A stretch of DNA of 64,000 nt from Tubulanus polymorphus (Eukaryota; Animalia; Nemertea): NCBI RefSeq assembly GCF_964204645.1, contig NC_134025.1, positions 31,948,788 to 32,012,787 of the forward strand. Reading direction: 5' to 3'. Each line of letters starts with the position of its first letter. Position 1 is the first letter of the stretch. The position numbers and the translations under genes were made by a program. The notes below the pieces were generated by a model, which did not search any database, was not told the origin of the DNA, and saw nothing but the letters and a program-made list of their open reading frames with translations. Of the stretch, positions 26,901 through 40,699 are shown one piece after another.

Positions 26901-29900
26901 AAAATAGGGTCCTAAAGATGATGAGTTCTATCTTAATTGATGGGTTAGGGTGTACTGAACTGATTTCAAATAGATAGGTTGAAAGATTAAGAATTTTCTG
27001 GCTATTTATGCTCCTGAAGATGATGGACTCGATCTGAAATGATAGGTTAAGGTAAACTGAACTGATTTCGAGTAGATGGACTGAAAGATACAGATTTTTC
27101 TTGCAAAATAGGGTCCTAAAGATGATGAGTTCAATCTTAATTGATGGGTTAGGGTGTACTGAACTGATTTCAAATAGATAGGTTGAAAGATTAAGAATTT
27201 TCTGGCTATTTATGCTCCTGAAGATGATGGACTCGATCTGAAATGATAGGTTAAGGTAAACTGAACTGATTTCGAGCAGATGGACTGAAAGATACAGATT
27301 TTTCTTGCAAAATAGGGTCCTAAAGATGATGAATTCTATCTTAATTGATGGGTTAGGGTGAACTGAACTGATTTCAAATAGATAGGTTGAAAGAATCAGA
27401 ATTTTCTGGCTGCCTTTGGTTCTGAAGATGATGGACTCAATCTGAAAAGATGGGCTAAGGCGTATTGAACTGATTTCAAATAGATAGGTGGAAAGATTAA
27501 GGATTTTCTGGCTATTTATGCTCCTGAAGATGATGGACTCGATCTGAAATGATAGGTTAAGGTAAACTGAACTGATTTCGAGTAGATGGACTGAAAGATA
27601 CAGACTTTTCTTGCAAAATAGGGCCCTAAAGATGATGAATTCTATCTTAATTGATGGGTTAGGGTGTACTGAACAGATTTCAAATAGATAGGTTGAAAGA
27701 ATCAGAATTTTCTGGCTGCTTTTGGTTCTGAAGATGATGGATACAATCTGAAAAGATGTGTTAAGGCGTATTGAACTGATTTCAAATACATAGGTGGAAA
27801 GATTAAGAATTTTCTGGCTATTTATGCTCCTGAAGATGATGGACTCGATCTGAAATGATAGGTTATGGTAAACTGAACTGATTTCGAGCAGATGGACTGA
27901 AAGATACAGATTTTTCTTGCAAAATAGGGCCCTAAAGATGATGAATTCTATCTTAATTGATGGGTTAGGGTGAACTGAACTGATTTCAAATAGATAGGTG
28001 GAAAGAATCAGAATTTTCTGGCTGCCTTTGGTTCTGAAGATGATGGACTCAATCTGAAAAGATGGGCTTAGGCGTATTGAACTGATTTCAAATAGATAGG
28101 TGGAAAGATTAAGAATTTTCTGGCTATTTATGCTCCTGAGGATGATTCACTCGATCTGAAATGATAGGTTGAGGTAGACTGAACTGATTTCGAGTAGATG
28201 GACTGAAAGATACAGATTTTTCTTGCAAAATAGGGTCCTAAAGGTGATGAATTCTATCTTAATTGATGGGTAAGGGTGTACTGAACTGATTTCAAATAGA
28301 TAGGTTGAAAGAATCAGAATTTTCTGGCTGCTTTTGGTTCTGAAGATGATGGATTCAATCTGAAAAGATGTGTTAAGGCGCATTGAACTGATTTCAAATA
28401 GATAGGTGGAAAGATTAAGAATTTTCTGGCTATTTATGCTCCTGAAGATGATGGACTCGATCTGAAATGATAGGTTAAGGTAAACTGAACTGATTTCGAG
28501 TAGATGGACTGAAAGATACCGATTTTTCTTGCAAAATAGGGTCCTAAAGATGATGAATTCTATCTTAATTGATGGGTTAGGGTGTACTGAACTGATTTCA
28601 AATAGATAGGTGGGAAGATTAAGAATTTTCTGGCTATTTATGCTCCTGAAGATGATGGACTCGATCTGAAATGATAGGTTAAGGTAAACTGAACTGATTT
28701 CGAGCAGATGGACTGAAAGATACAGATTTTTCTTGCAAAATAGGGTCCTAAGGATGATGAATTCTATCTTAATTGATGGGTTAGGGTGAACTGAACTGAT
28801 TTCAAATAGATAGGTGGAAAGAATCAGAATTTTCTGGCTGCCTTTGGTTCTGAAGATGATGGACTCAATCTGAAAAGATGGGCTAAGGCGTATTGAACTG
28901 ATTTCAAATAGATAGGTGGAAAGATTAAGAATTTTCTGGCTATTTATGCTCCTGAAGATGATGGACTCGATCTGAAATGATAGGTTAAGGTAAACTGAAC
29001 TGATTTCGAGTAGATGGACTGAAAGATACAGACTTTTCTTGCAAAATAGGGCCCTAAAGATGATGAATTCTATCTTAATTGATGGGTTAGGATGTACTGA
29101 ACTGATTTCAAATAGATAGGTTGAAAGAATCAGAATTTTCTGGCTGCCTTTGGTTCTGAAGATGATGGACTCAATCTGAAAAGATGGGCTTAGGCGTATT
29201 GAACTGATTTCAAATAGATAGGTGGAAAGATTAAGAATTTTCTGGCTATTTATGCTCCTGAGGATGATGCACTCGATCTGAAATGATAGGTTGAGGTAGA
29301 CTGAACTGATTTCGAGTAGATGGACTGAAAGATACAGATTTTTCTTGCAAAATAGGGTCCTAAAGGTGATGAATTCTATCTTAATTGATGGGTAAGGGTG
29401 TACTGAACTGATTTCAAATAGATAGGTTGAAAGAATCAGAATTTTCTGGCTGCTTTTAGTTCTGAAGATGATGGATTCAATCTGAAAAGATGTGTTAAGG
29501 CGCATTGAACTGATTTCAAATAGATAGGTGGAAAGATTAAGAATTTTCTGGCTATTTATGCTCCTGAAGATGATGGACTCGATCTGAAATGATAGGTTAA
29601 GGTAAACTGAACTGATTTCGAGTAGATGGACTGAAAGATACAGATTTTTCTTGCAAAATAGGGTCCTAAAGATGATGAATTCTATCTTAATTGATGGGTT
29701 AGGGTGAACTGAACTGATTTCAAATAGATAGGTGGAAAGAATCAGAATTTTCTGGCTGCCTTTGGTTCTGAAGATGATGGACTCAATCTGAAAAGATGGG
29801 CTAAGGCGTATTGAACTGATTTCAAATAGATAGGTGGAAAGATTAAGAATTTTCTGGCTATTTATGCTCCTGAGGATGATGCACTCGATCTGAAATGATA

Positions 29901-32900
29901 GGTTAAGGTAGACTGAACTGATTTCGAGTAGATGGACTGAAAGATACAGATTTTTCTTGCAAAATAGGGTCCTAAAGATGATGAATTCTATCTTAATTGA
30001 TGGGTAAGGGTGTACTGAACTGATTTCAAATAGATAGGTTGAAAGAATCAGAATTTTCTGGCTGCCTTTGGTTCTGAAGATGATGGACTCAATCTGAAAA
30101 GATGGGCTAAGGCGTATTGAACTGATTTCAAATAGATAGGTGGAAAGATTAAGAATTTTCTGGCTATTTATGCTCCTGAAGATGATTGACTCGATCTGAA
30201 ATGATAGGTTAGGTAGACTGAACTGATTTCGAGTAGATGGACTGAAAGATACAGATTTTTCTTGCAAAATAGGGTCCTAAAGATGATGAGTTCTATCTTA
30301 ATTGATGGGTTAGGGTGTACTGAACTGATTTCAAATAGATAGGTTGAAAGATTAAGAATTTTCTGGCTATTTATGCTCCTGAAGATGATGGACTCGATCT
30401 GAAATGATAGGTTAAGGTAAACTGAACTGATTTCGAGTAGATGGACTGAAAGATACAGATTTTTCTTGCAAAATAGGGTCCTAAAGATGATGAGTTCTAT
30501 CTTAATTGATGGGTTAGGGTGTACTGAACTGATTTCAAATAGATAGGTTGAAAGATTAAGAATTTTCTGGCTATTTATGCTCCTGAAGATGATGGACTCG
30601 ATCTGAAATGATAGGTTAAGGTAAACTGAACTGATTTCGAGCAGATGGACTGAAAGATACAGATTTTTCTTGCAAAATAGGGTCCTAAAGATGATGAATT
30701 CTATCTTAATTGATGGGTTAGGGTGAACTGAACTGATTTCAAATAGATAGGTGGAAAGAATCAGAATTTTCTGGCTGCCTTTGGTTCTGAAGATGATGGA
30801 CTCAATCTGAAAAGATGGGCTAAGGCGTATTGAACTGATTTCAAATAGATAGGTGGAAAGATTAAGAATTTTCTGGCTATTTATGCTCCTGAGGATGATG
30901 CACTCGATCTGAAATGATAGGTTAAGGTAGACTGAACTGATTTCGAGTAGATGGACTGAAAGATACAGATTTTTCTTGCAAAATAGGGTCCTAAAGATGA
31001 TGAATTCTATCTTAATTGATGGGTAAGGGTGTACTGAACTGATTTCAAATAGATAGGTTGAAAGAATCAGAATTTTCTGGCTGCTTTTGGTTCTGAAGAT
31101 GATGGACTCAATCTGAAAAGATGGGCTAAGGCGTATTGAACTGATTTCAAATAGATAGGTGGAAAGATTAAGAATTTTCTGGCTATTTATGCTCCTGAAG
31201 ATGATTGACTCGATCTGAAATGATAGGTTAGGTAGACTGAACTGATTTCGAGTAGATGGACTGAAAGATACAGATTTTTCTTGCAAAATAGGGTCCTAAA
31301 GATGATGAGTTCTATCTTAATTGATGGGTTAGGGTGTACTGAACTGATTTCAAATAGATAGGTTGAAAGATTAAGAATTTTCTGGCTATTTATGCTCCTG
31401 AAGATGATGGACTCGATCTGAAATGATAGGTTAAGGTAAACTGAACTGATTTCGAGTAGATGGACTGAAAGATACAGATTTTTCTTGCAAAATAGGGTCC
31501 TAAAGATGATGAGTTCTATCTTAATTGATGGGTTAGGGTGTACTGAACTGATTTCAAATAGATAGGTTGAAAGATTAAGAATTTTCTGGCTATTTATGCT
31601 CCTGAAGATGATGGACTCGATCTGAAATGATAGGTTAAGGTAAACTGAACTGATTTCGAGCAGATGGACTGAAAGATACAGATTTTTCTTGCAAAATAGG
31701 GTCCTAAAGATGATGAATTCTATCTTAATTGATGGGTTAGGGTGAACTGAACTGATTTCAAATAGATAGGTGGAAAGAATCAGAATTTTCTGGCTGCCTT
31801 TGGTTCTGAAGATGATGGACTCAATCTGAAAAGATGGGCTAAGGCGTATTGAACTGATTTCAAATAGATAGGTGGAAAGATTAAGAATTTTCTGGCTATT
31901 TATGCTCCTGAAGATGATGGACTCGATCTGAAATGATAGGTTAAGGTAAACTGAACTGATTTCGAGTAGATGGACTGAAAGATACAGACTTTTCTTGCAA
32001 AATACGGCCCTAAAGATGATGAATTCTATCTTAATTGATGGGTTAGGGTGTACTGAACTGATTTCAAATAGATAGGTTGAAAGAATCAGAATTTTCTGGC
32101 TGCTTTTGGTTCTGAAGATGATGGATACAATCTGAAAAGATGTGTTAAGGCGTATTGAACTGATTTCAAATAGATAGGTGGAAAGATTAAGAATTTTCTG
32201 GCTATTTATGCTCCTGAAGATGATGGACTCGATCTGAAATGATAGGTTAAGGTAAACTGAACTGATTTCGAGCAGATGGACTGAAAGATACAGATTTTTC
32301 TTGCAAAATAGGGCCCTAAAGATGATGAATTCTATCTTAATTGATGGGTTAGGGTGAACTGAACTGATTTCAAATAGATAGGTGGAAAGAATCAGAATTT
32401 TCTGGCTGCCTTTGGTTCTGAAGATGAAAGACTCAATCTGAAAAGATGGGCTTAGGCGTATTGAACTGATTTCAAATAGATAGGTGGAAAGATTAAGAAT
32501 TTTCTGGCTATTTATGCTCCTGAGGATGATGCACTCGATCTGAAATGATAGGTTGAGGTAGACTGAACTGATTTCGAGTAGATGGACTGAAAGATACAGA
32601 TTTTTCTTGCAAAATAGGGTCCTAAAGGTGATGAATTCTATCTTAATTGATGGGTAAGGGTGTACTGAACTGATTTCAAATAGATAGGTTGAAAGAATCA
32701 GAATTTTCTGGCTGCTTTTGGTTCTGAAGATGATGGATTCAATCTGAAAAGATGTGTTAAGGCGCATTGAACTGATTTCAAATAGATAGGTGGAAAGATT
32801 AAGAATTTTCTGGCTATTTATGCTCCTGAAGATGATGGACTCGATCTGAAATGATAGGTTAAGGTAAACTGAACTGATTTCGAGTAGATGGACTGAAAGA

Positions 32901-33510
32901 TACAGATTTTTCTTGCAAAATAGGGTCCTAAAGATGATGAATTCTATCTTAATTGATGGGTTAGGGTGTACTGAACTGATTTCAAATAGATAGGTTGAAA
33001 GAATCGGAATTTTCTGGCTGCTTTTGGTTCTGAAGATGATGGATTCAATCTGAAAAGATGTGTTAAGGCGTATTGAACTGATTTAAAATAGATAGGTGGA
33101 AAGATTAAGAATTTTCTGGCTATTTATGCTCCTGAAGATGATGGACTCGATCTGAAATGATAGGTTAAGGTAAACTGAACTTATTTCGAGTAGATGGACT
33201 GAAAGATACAGATTTTTCTTGCAAAATAGGGTCCTAAAGATGATGAATTCTATCTTAATTGATGGGTTAGGGTGTACTGAACTGATTTCAAATAGATAGG
33301 TTGAAAGAATCAGAATTTTCTGGCTGCTTTTGGTTCTGAAGATGATGGATTCAATCTGAAAAGATGTGTTAAGGCGTATTGAACTGATTTAAAATAGATA
33401 GGTGGAAAGATTAAGAATTTTCTGGCTATTTATGCTCCTGAAGATGATGGACTCGATCTGAAATGATAGGTTAAGGTAAACTGAACTGATTTCGAGTAGA
33501 TGGACTGAAA
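26040..33510 (+). repeat. Second copy of block ~5850-12705 (offset 20191, then 20803 after an extra 612-bp six-monomer segment at ~29010-29620)
   Basis: Shared private variants: gaggatgattcactc (7947/28138), gatgaaagactc, aatcggaat (~12199/33002), gaacttattt. ORF-track pairs 7956/28147, 9365/30168 and 11964/32767 give the same offsets. Confidence 0.92.
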
Positions 33511-36500
33511 GATACAGATTTTTTCATGCAAAATAGGGTCCTAAAGATGATGAGTTCTATCTTAATTGATGGGTTAGGGTGTACTGAACTGATTTCAAAT
33601 AGATAGGTTGAAAGATTAAGAATTTTCTGGCTATTTATGCTCCTGAAGATGATGAACTCGATCTAAAATGATAGGTTAAGGTAAACTGAACTGATTTCGA
33701 GCAGATGGACTGAAAGATACAGATCTTTCTTGCAAAATAGGGTCCTAAAGATGATGAATTCTATCTTAATTGATGGGTTAGGGTGAACTGAACTGATTTC
33801 AAATAGATAGGTGGAAAGAATCAGAATTTTCTGGCTGCCTTTGGTTCTGAAGATGATGGACTCAATCTGAAAAGATGGGCTAAGGCGTATTGAACTGATT
33901 TCAAATAGATAGGTGGAAAGATTAAGAATTTTCTGGCTATTTATGCTCCTGAGGATGATGCACTCGATCTGAAATGATAGGTTAAGGTAGACTGAACTGA
34001 TTTCGAGTAGATGGACTGAAAGATACAGATTTTTCTTGCAAAATAGGGTCCTAAAGATGATGAATTCTATCTTAATTGATGGGTTAGGGTGTACTGAACT
34101 GATTTCAAATAGATAGGTGGAAAGATTAAGAATTTTCTGGCTATTTATGCTCCTGAAGATGATGGACTCGATCTGAAATGATAGGTTAAGGTAAACTGAA
34201 CTGATTTCGAGCAGATGGACTGAAAGATACAGATTTTTCTTGCAAAATAGGGTCCTAAAGATGATGAGTTCTATCTTAATTGATGGCTTAGGGTGTACTG
34301 AACTGATTTCAAATAGATAGGTGAAAAGATTAAGAATTTTCTGGCTATTTATGCTCCTGAAGATGATGGACTCGATCTGAAATGATAGGTTAAGGTAAAC
34401 TGAACTGATTTCGAGTAGATGGACTGAAAGATACAGATTTTTCTTGCAAAATAGGGTCCTAAAGATGATGAATTCTATCTTAATTGATGGGTTAGGGTGT
34501 ACTGAACTGATTTCAAATAGATAGGTTGAAAGAATCAGAATTTTCTGGCTGCTTTTGGTTCTGAAGATGATGGATTCAATCTGAAAAGATGTGTTAAGGC
34601 GTATTGAACTGATTTAAAATAGATAGGTGGAAAGATTAAGAATTTTCTGGCTATTTATGCTCCTGAAGATGATGGACTCGATCTGAAATGATAGGTTAAG
34701 GTAAACTGAACTTATTTCGAGTAGATGGACTGAAAGATACAGATTTTTCTTGCAAAATAGGGTCCTAAAGATGATGAATTCTATCTTAATTGATGGGTTA
34801 GGGTGAACTGAACTGATTTCAAATAGATAGGTTAAAAGAATCAGAATTTTCTGGCTGCTTTTGGTTCTGAAGATGATGGATTCAATCTGAAAAGATGGGC
34901 TAAGGCGTATTGAACTGAATTCAAATAGATAGGTGGAAAGAATCAGAATTTTCTGGCTGCTTTTGGTTCCGAAGATGATGGATTCAATCTGAAAAGATGT
35001 GTTAAGGCGTATTGAACTGATTTCAAATAGATAGGTGGAAAGATTAAGAATTTTCTGGCTATTTATGCTCCTGAAGATGATAAACTCGATCTGAAATGAT
35101 AGGTTAAGGTAAACTGAATTGATTTCGAGTAGATGGACTGAAAGATACAGATTTGTCTTGCAAAATAGGGTCCTAAAGATGATGAATTCTATCTTAATTG
35201 ATGGGTTAGGGTGTACTGAACTGATTTCAAATAGATAGGTTGAAAGAATCAGAATTTTCTGGCTGCTTTTGGTTCTGAAGATGATGGATTCAATCTGAAA
35301 AGATGTGTTAAGGCGTATTGAACTGATTTCAAATAGATAGGTGGAAAGATTAAGAATTTTCTGGCTATTTATGCTCCTGAAGATGATGGACTCGATCTGA
35401 AATGATAGGTTAAGGTAAACTGAACTGATTTCGAGTAGATGGACTGAAAGATACACATTTTTCTTGCAAAATAGGGTCCTAAAGATGATGAATTCTATCT
35501 TAACTGATGGGTTAGGTTGAACTGAACTGATTTCAAATAGATAGGTTAAAAGAATCAGAATTTTCTGGCTGCTTTTGGTTCTGAAGATGATGGATTCAAT
35601 CTGAAAAGATGTGTTAAGGCGTATTGAACTGATTTAAAATAGATAGGTGGAAAGATTAAGAATTTTCTGGCTATATGCTCCTGAAGATGATGGACTCGAT
35701 CTGAAATGATAGGTTAAGGTAAACTGAACTGATTTCGAGTAGATGGACTGAAAGATACAGATTTTTCTTGCAAAATAGGGTCCTAAAGATGATGAGTTCT
35801 ATCTTAATTGATGGGTTAGGGTGTACTGAACTGATTTCAAATAGATAGGTGGAAAGATTAAGAATTTTCTGGCTATTTATGCTCCTGAAGATGATGGACT
35901 CGATCTGAAATGATAGGTTAAGGTAAACTGAACTGATTTCGAGCAGATGGATTGAAAGATACAGATTTTTCTTGCAAAATAGGGTCCTAAAGATGATGAA
36001 TTCTATCTTAATTGATGGGTTAGGGTGTACTGAACTGATTTCAAATAGATAGGTTGAAAGAATCAGAATTTTCTGGCTGCCTTTGGTTCTCAAGATGATG
36101 GACTCAATCTGAAAAGATGGGCTAAGGCGTATTGAACTGATTTCAAATAGATAGGTGGAAAGATTAAGAATTTTCTGGCTATTTATGCTCCTGAAGATGA
36201 TGGACTCGATCTGAAATGATAGGTTAAGGTAAACTGAACTGATTTCGAGTAGATGGACTGAAAGATACAGATTTTTCTTGCAAAATAGGGTCCTAAAGAT
36301 GATGAATTCTATCTTAATTGATGGGTTAGGGTGAACTGAACTGATTTCAAATAGATAGGTTGATAGAATCAGAATTTTCTGGCTGCCTTTGGTTCTGAAG
36401 ATGATGGACTCAATCTGAAAAGATGGGCTAAGGCGAATTGAACTGATTTCAAATAGATAGGTGGAAAGATTAAGAATTTTCTGGCTATTTATGCTCCTGA

Positions 36501-39500
36501 AGATGATGGACTCGATCTGAAATGATAGGTTAAGGTAAACTGAACTGATTTCGAGTAGATGGACTGAAAGATACAGATTTTTCTTGCAAAATAGGGTCCT
36601 AAAGATGATGAATTCTATCTTAATTGATGGGTTAGGGTGTACTGAACTGATTTCAAATAGATAGGTTGAAAGAATCAGAATTTTCTGGCTGCTTTTGGTT
36701 CTGAAGATGATGGATTCAATCTGAAAAGATGCGTTAAGGCGTATTGAACTGATTTAAAATAGATAGGTGGAAAGATTAAGAATTTTCTGGCTATTTATGC
36801 TCCTGAAGATGATGGACTCGATCTGAAATGATAGGTTAAGGTAAACTGAACTGATTTCGAGTAGATGGACTTAAAGATACAGATTTTTCTTGCAAAATAG
36901 GGTCCTAAAGATGATGAGTTCTATCTTAATTGATGGGTTAGGGTGTACTGAACTGATTTCAAATAGATAGGTTAAAAGATTAAGAATTTTCTGGCTATTT
37001 ATGCTCCTGAAGATGATGGACTCCATCTGAAATGATAGGTTAAGGTAAACTGAACTGATTTCGAGCAGATGGATTGAAAGATACAGATTTTTCTTGCAAA
37101 ATAGGGTCCTAAAGATGATGAATTCTATCTTAATTGATGGGTTAGGGTGTACTGAACTGATTTCAAATAGATAGGTTGAAAGAATCAGAATTTTCTGGCT
37201 GCCTTTGGTTCTCAAGATGATGGACTCAATCTGAAAAGATGGGCTAAGGCGTATTGAACTGATTTCAAATAGATAGGTGGAAAGATTAAGAATTTTCTGG
37301 CTATTTATGCTCCTGAAGATGATGGACTCGATCTGAAATGATAGGTTAAGGTAAACTGAACTGATTTCGAGTAGATGGACTGAAAGATACAGATTTTTCT
37401 TGCAAAATAGGGTCCTAAAGATGATGAATTCTATCTTAATTGATGGGTTAGGGTGAACTGAACTGATTTCAAATAGATAGGTTGATAGAATCAGAATTTT
37501 CTGGCTGCCTTTGGTTCTGAAGATGATGGACTCAATCTGAAAAGATGGGCTAAGGCGAATTGAACTGATTTCAAATAGATAGGTGGAAAGATTAAGAATT
37601 TTCTGGCTATTTATGCTCCTGAAGATGATGGACTCGATCTGAAATGATAGGTTAAGGTAAACTGAACTGATTTCGAGTAGATGGACTTAAAGATACAGAT
37701 TTTTCTTGCAAAATAGGGTCCTAAAGATGATGAGTTCTATCTTAATTGATGGGTTAGGGTGTACTGAACTGATTTCAAATAGATAGGTTGAAAGATTAAG
37801 AATTTTCTGGCTATTTATGCTCCTGAAGATGATGGACTCGATCTGAAATGATAGGTTAAGGTAAACTGAACTGATTTCGAGCAGATGGACTGAAAGATAC
37901 CGATTTTTCTTGCAAAATAGGGTCCTAAAGATGATGAATTCTATCTTAATTGATGGGTTAGGGTGTACTGAACTGATTTCAAATAGATAGGTTGAAAGAA
38001 TCAGAATTTTCTGGCTGCTTTTGGTTCTGAAGATGATGGATTCAATCTGAAAAGATGTGTTAAGGCGTATTGAACTAATTTAAAATAGATAGGTGGAAAG
38101 ATTAAGAATTTTCTGGCTATTTATGCTCCTGAAGATGATGGACTCAATCTGAAATGATAGGTTAAGGTAAACTGAACTGATTTCGAGTAGATGGACTGAA
38201 AGATACAAATTTTTCTTGGAAAATAGGGTCCTAAAGATGATGAATTCTATCTTAATTGATGGGTTAGGGTGAACTGAACTGATTTCAAATAGATAGGTTA
38301 AAAGAATCAGAATTTTCTGGCTGCTTTTGGTTCTGAAGATGATGGATTCAATCTGAAAAGATGTGTTAAGGCGTATTGAACTGATTTAAAATAGATAGGT
38401 GGAAAGATTAAGAATTTTCTGGCTATTTATGCTCCTGAAGATGATGGACTCGATCTGAAATGATAGGTTAAGGTAAACTGAACTGATTTAGAGTAGATGG
38501 ACTGAAAGATACAGATTTTTCTTGCAAAATAGGGTCCTAAAGATGATGAATTCTATCTTAATTGATGGGTTAGGGTGTACTGAACCGATTTCAAATAGAT
38601 AGGTGGAAAGATTAAGAATTTTCTGGCTATTAATGCTCCTGAAGATGATGGACTCGATCTGAAATGATAGGTTAAGGTAAACTGAACTGATTTCGAGCAG
38701 ATGGACTGAAAGATACAGATTTTTCTTGCAAAATAGGGTCCTAAAGATGATGAATTCTATCTTAATTGATGGGTTAGGGTGTACTGAACTGATTTCAAAT
38801 AGATAGGTTGAAAGAATCAGAATTTTCTGGCTGCCTTTGGTTCTCAAGATGATGGACTCAATCTGAAAAGATGGGCTAAGGCGTATTGAACTGATTTCAA
38901 ATAGATAGGTGGAAAGATTAAGAATTTTCTGGCTATTTATGCTCCTGAAGATGATGGACTCGATCTGAAATGATAGGTTAAGGTAAACTGAACTGATTTC
39001 GAGTAGATGGACTGAAAGATACAGATTTTTCTTGCAAAATAGGGTCCTAAAGATGATGAATTCTATCTTAATTGATGGGTTAGGGTGAACTGAACTGATT
39101 TCAAATAGATAGGTGGATAGAATCAGAATTTTCTGGCTGCCTTTGGTTTTGAAGATGATGGACTCAATCTGAAAAGATGGGCTAAGGCGAATTGAACTGA
39201 TTTCAAATAGATAGGTGGAAAGATTAAGAATTTTCTGGCTATTTATGCTCCTGAAGATGATGAACTCGATCTGAAATGATAGGTTAAGGTAAACTGAACT
39301 GATTTCGAGTAGATGGACTGAAAGATACAGATTTTTCTTGCAAAATAGGGTCCTAAAGATGATGAATTCTATCTTAATTGATGGGTTAGGGTGTACTGAA
39401 CTGATTTCAAATAGATAGGTTGAAAGAATCAGAATTTTCTGGCTGCTTTTGGTTCTGAAGATGATGGATTCAATCTGAAAAGATGTGTTAAGGCGTATTG

Positions 39501-40699
39501 AACTGATTTAAAATAGATAGGTGGAAAGATTAAGAATTTTCTGGCTATTTATGCTCCTGAAGATGATGGACTCGATCTGAAATGATAGGTTAAGGTAAAC
39601 TGAACTGATTTCGAGTAGATGGACTTAAAGATACAGATTTTTCTTGCAAAATAGGGTCCTAAAGATGATGAGTTCTATCTTAATTGATGGGTTAGGGTGT
39701 ACTGAACTGATTTCAAATAGATAGGTGGAAAGATTAAGAATTTTCTGGCTATTTATGCTCCTGAAGATGATGGACTCGATCTGAAATGATAGGTTAAAGT
39801 AAACTGAACTGATTTCGAGCAGATGGACTGAAAGATACAGATTTTTCTTGCAAAATAGGGTCCTAAAGATGATGAATTCTATCTTAATTGATGGGTTAGG
39901 GTGAACTGAACTGATTTCAAATAGATAGGTGGAAAGAATCAGAATTTTCTGGCTGCCTTTGGTTCTGAAGATGATGGACTCAATCTGAAAAGATGGGCTA
40001 AGGCGTATTGAACTGATTTCAAATAGATAGGTGTAAAGATTAAGAATTTTCTGGCTATTTATGCTCCTGAAGATGAAGGACTCGATCTGAAATGATAGGT
40101 TAAGGTAAACTGAACTGATTTCGAGTAGATGGACTGAAAGATACAGATTTTTCTTGCAAAATAGGGTCCTAAAGATGATGAATTCTATCTTAATTGATGG
40201 GTTAGGGTGAACTGAACTGATTTCAAATAGATAGGTTGAAAGAATCAGAATTTTCTGGCTGCTTTTGGTTCTGAAGATGATGGATTCAATCTGAAAAGAT
40301 GGGCTAAGGCGTATTGAACTGATTTCAAATAGATAGGTGGAAAGATTAAGAATTTTCTGGCTATTTATGCTCCTGAAGATGATGGACTCGATCTGAAATG
40401 TTAGGTTAAGGTAAACTGAATTGATTTCGAGTAGATGGACTGAAAGATACAGATTTTTCTTGCAAAATAGGGTCCTAAAGATGATGAATTCTATCTTAAT
40501 TGATGGGTTAGGGTGTACTGAACTGATTTCAAATAGATAGGTTGAAAGAATCAGAATTTTCTGGCTGCTTTTGGTTCTGAAGATGATGGATTCAATCTGA
40601 AAAGATGTGTTAAGGCGTATTGAACTGATTTAAAATAGATAGGTGGAACGATTAAGAATTTTCTGGCTATTTATGCTCCTGAAGATGATGGACTCGATC

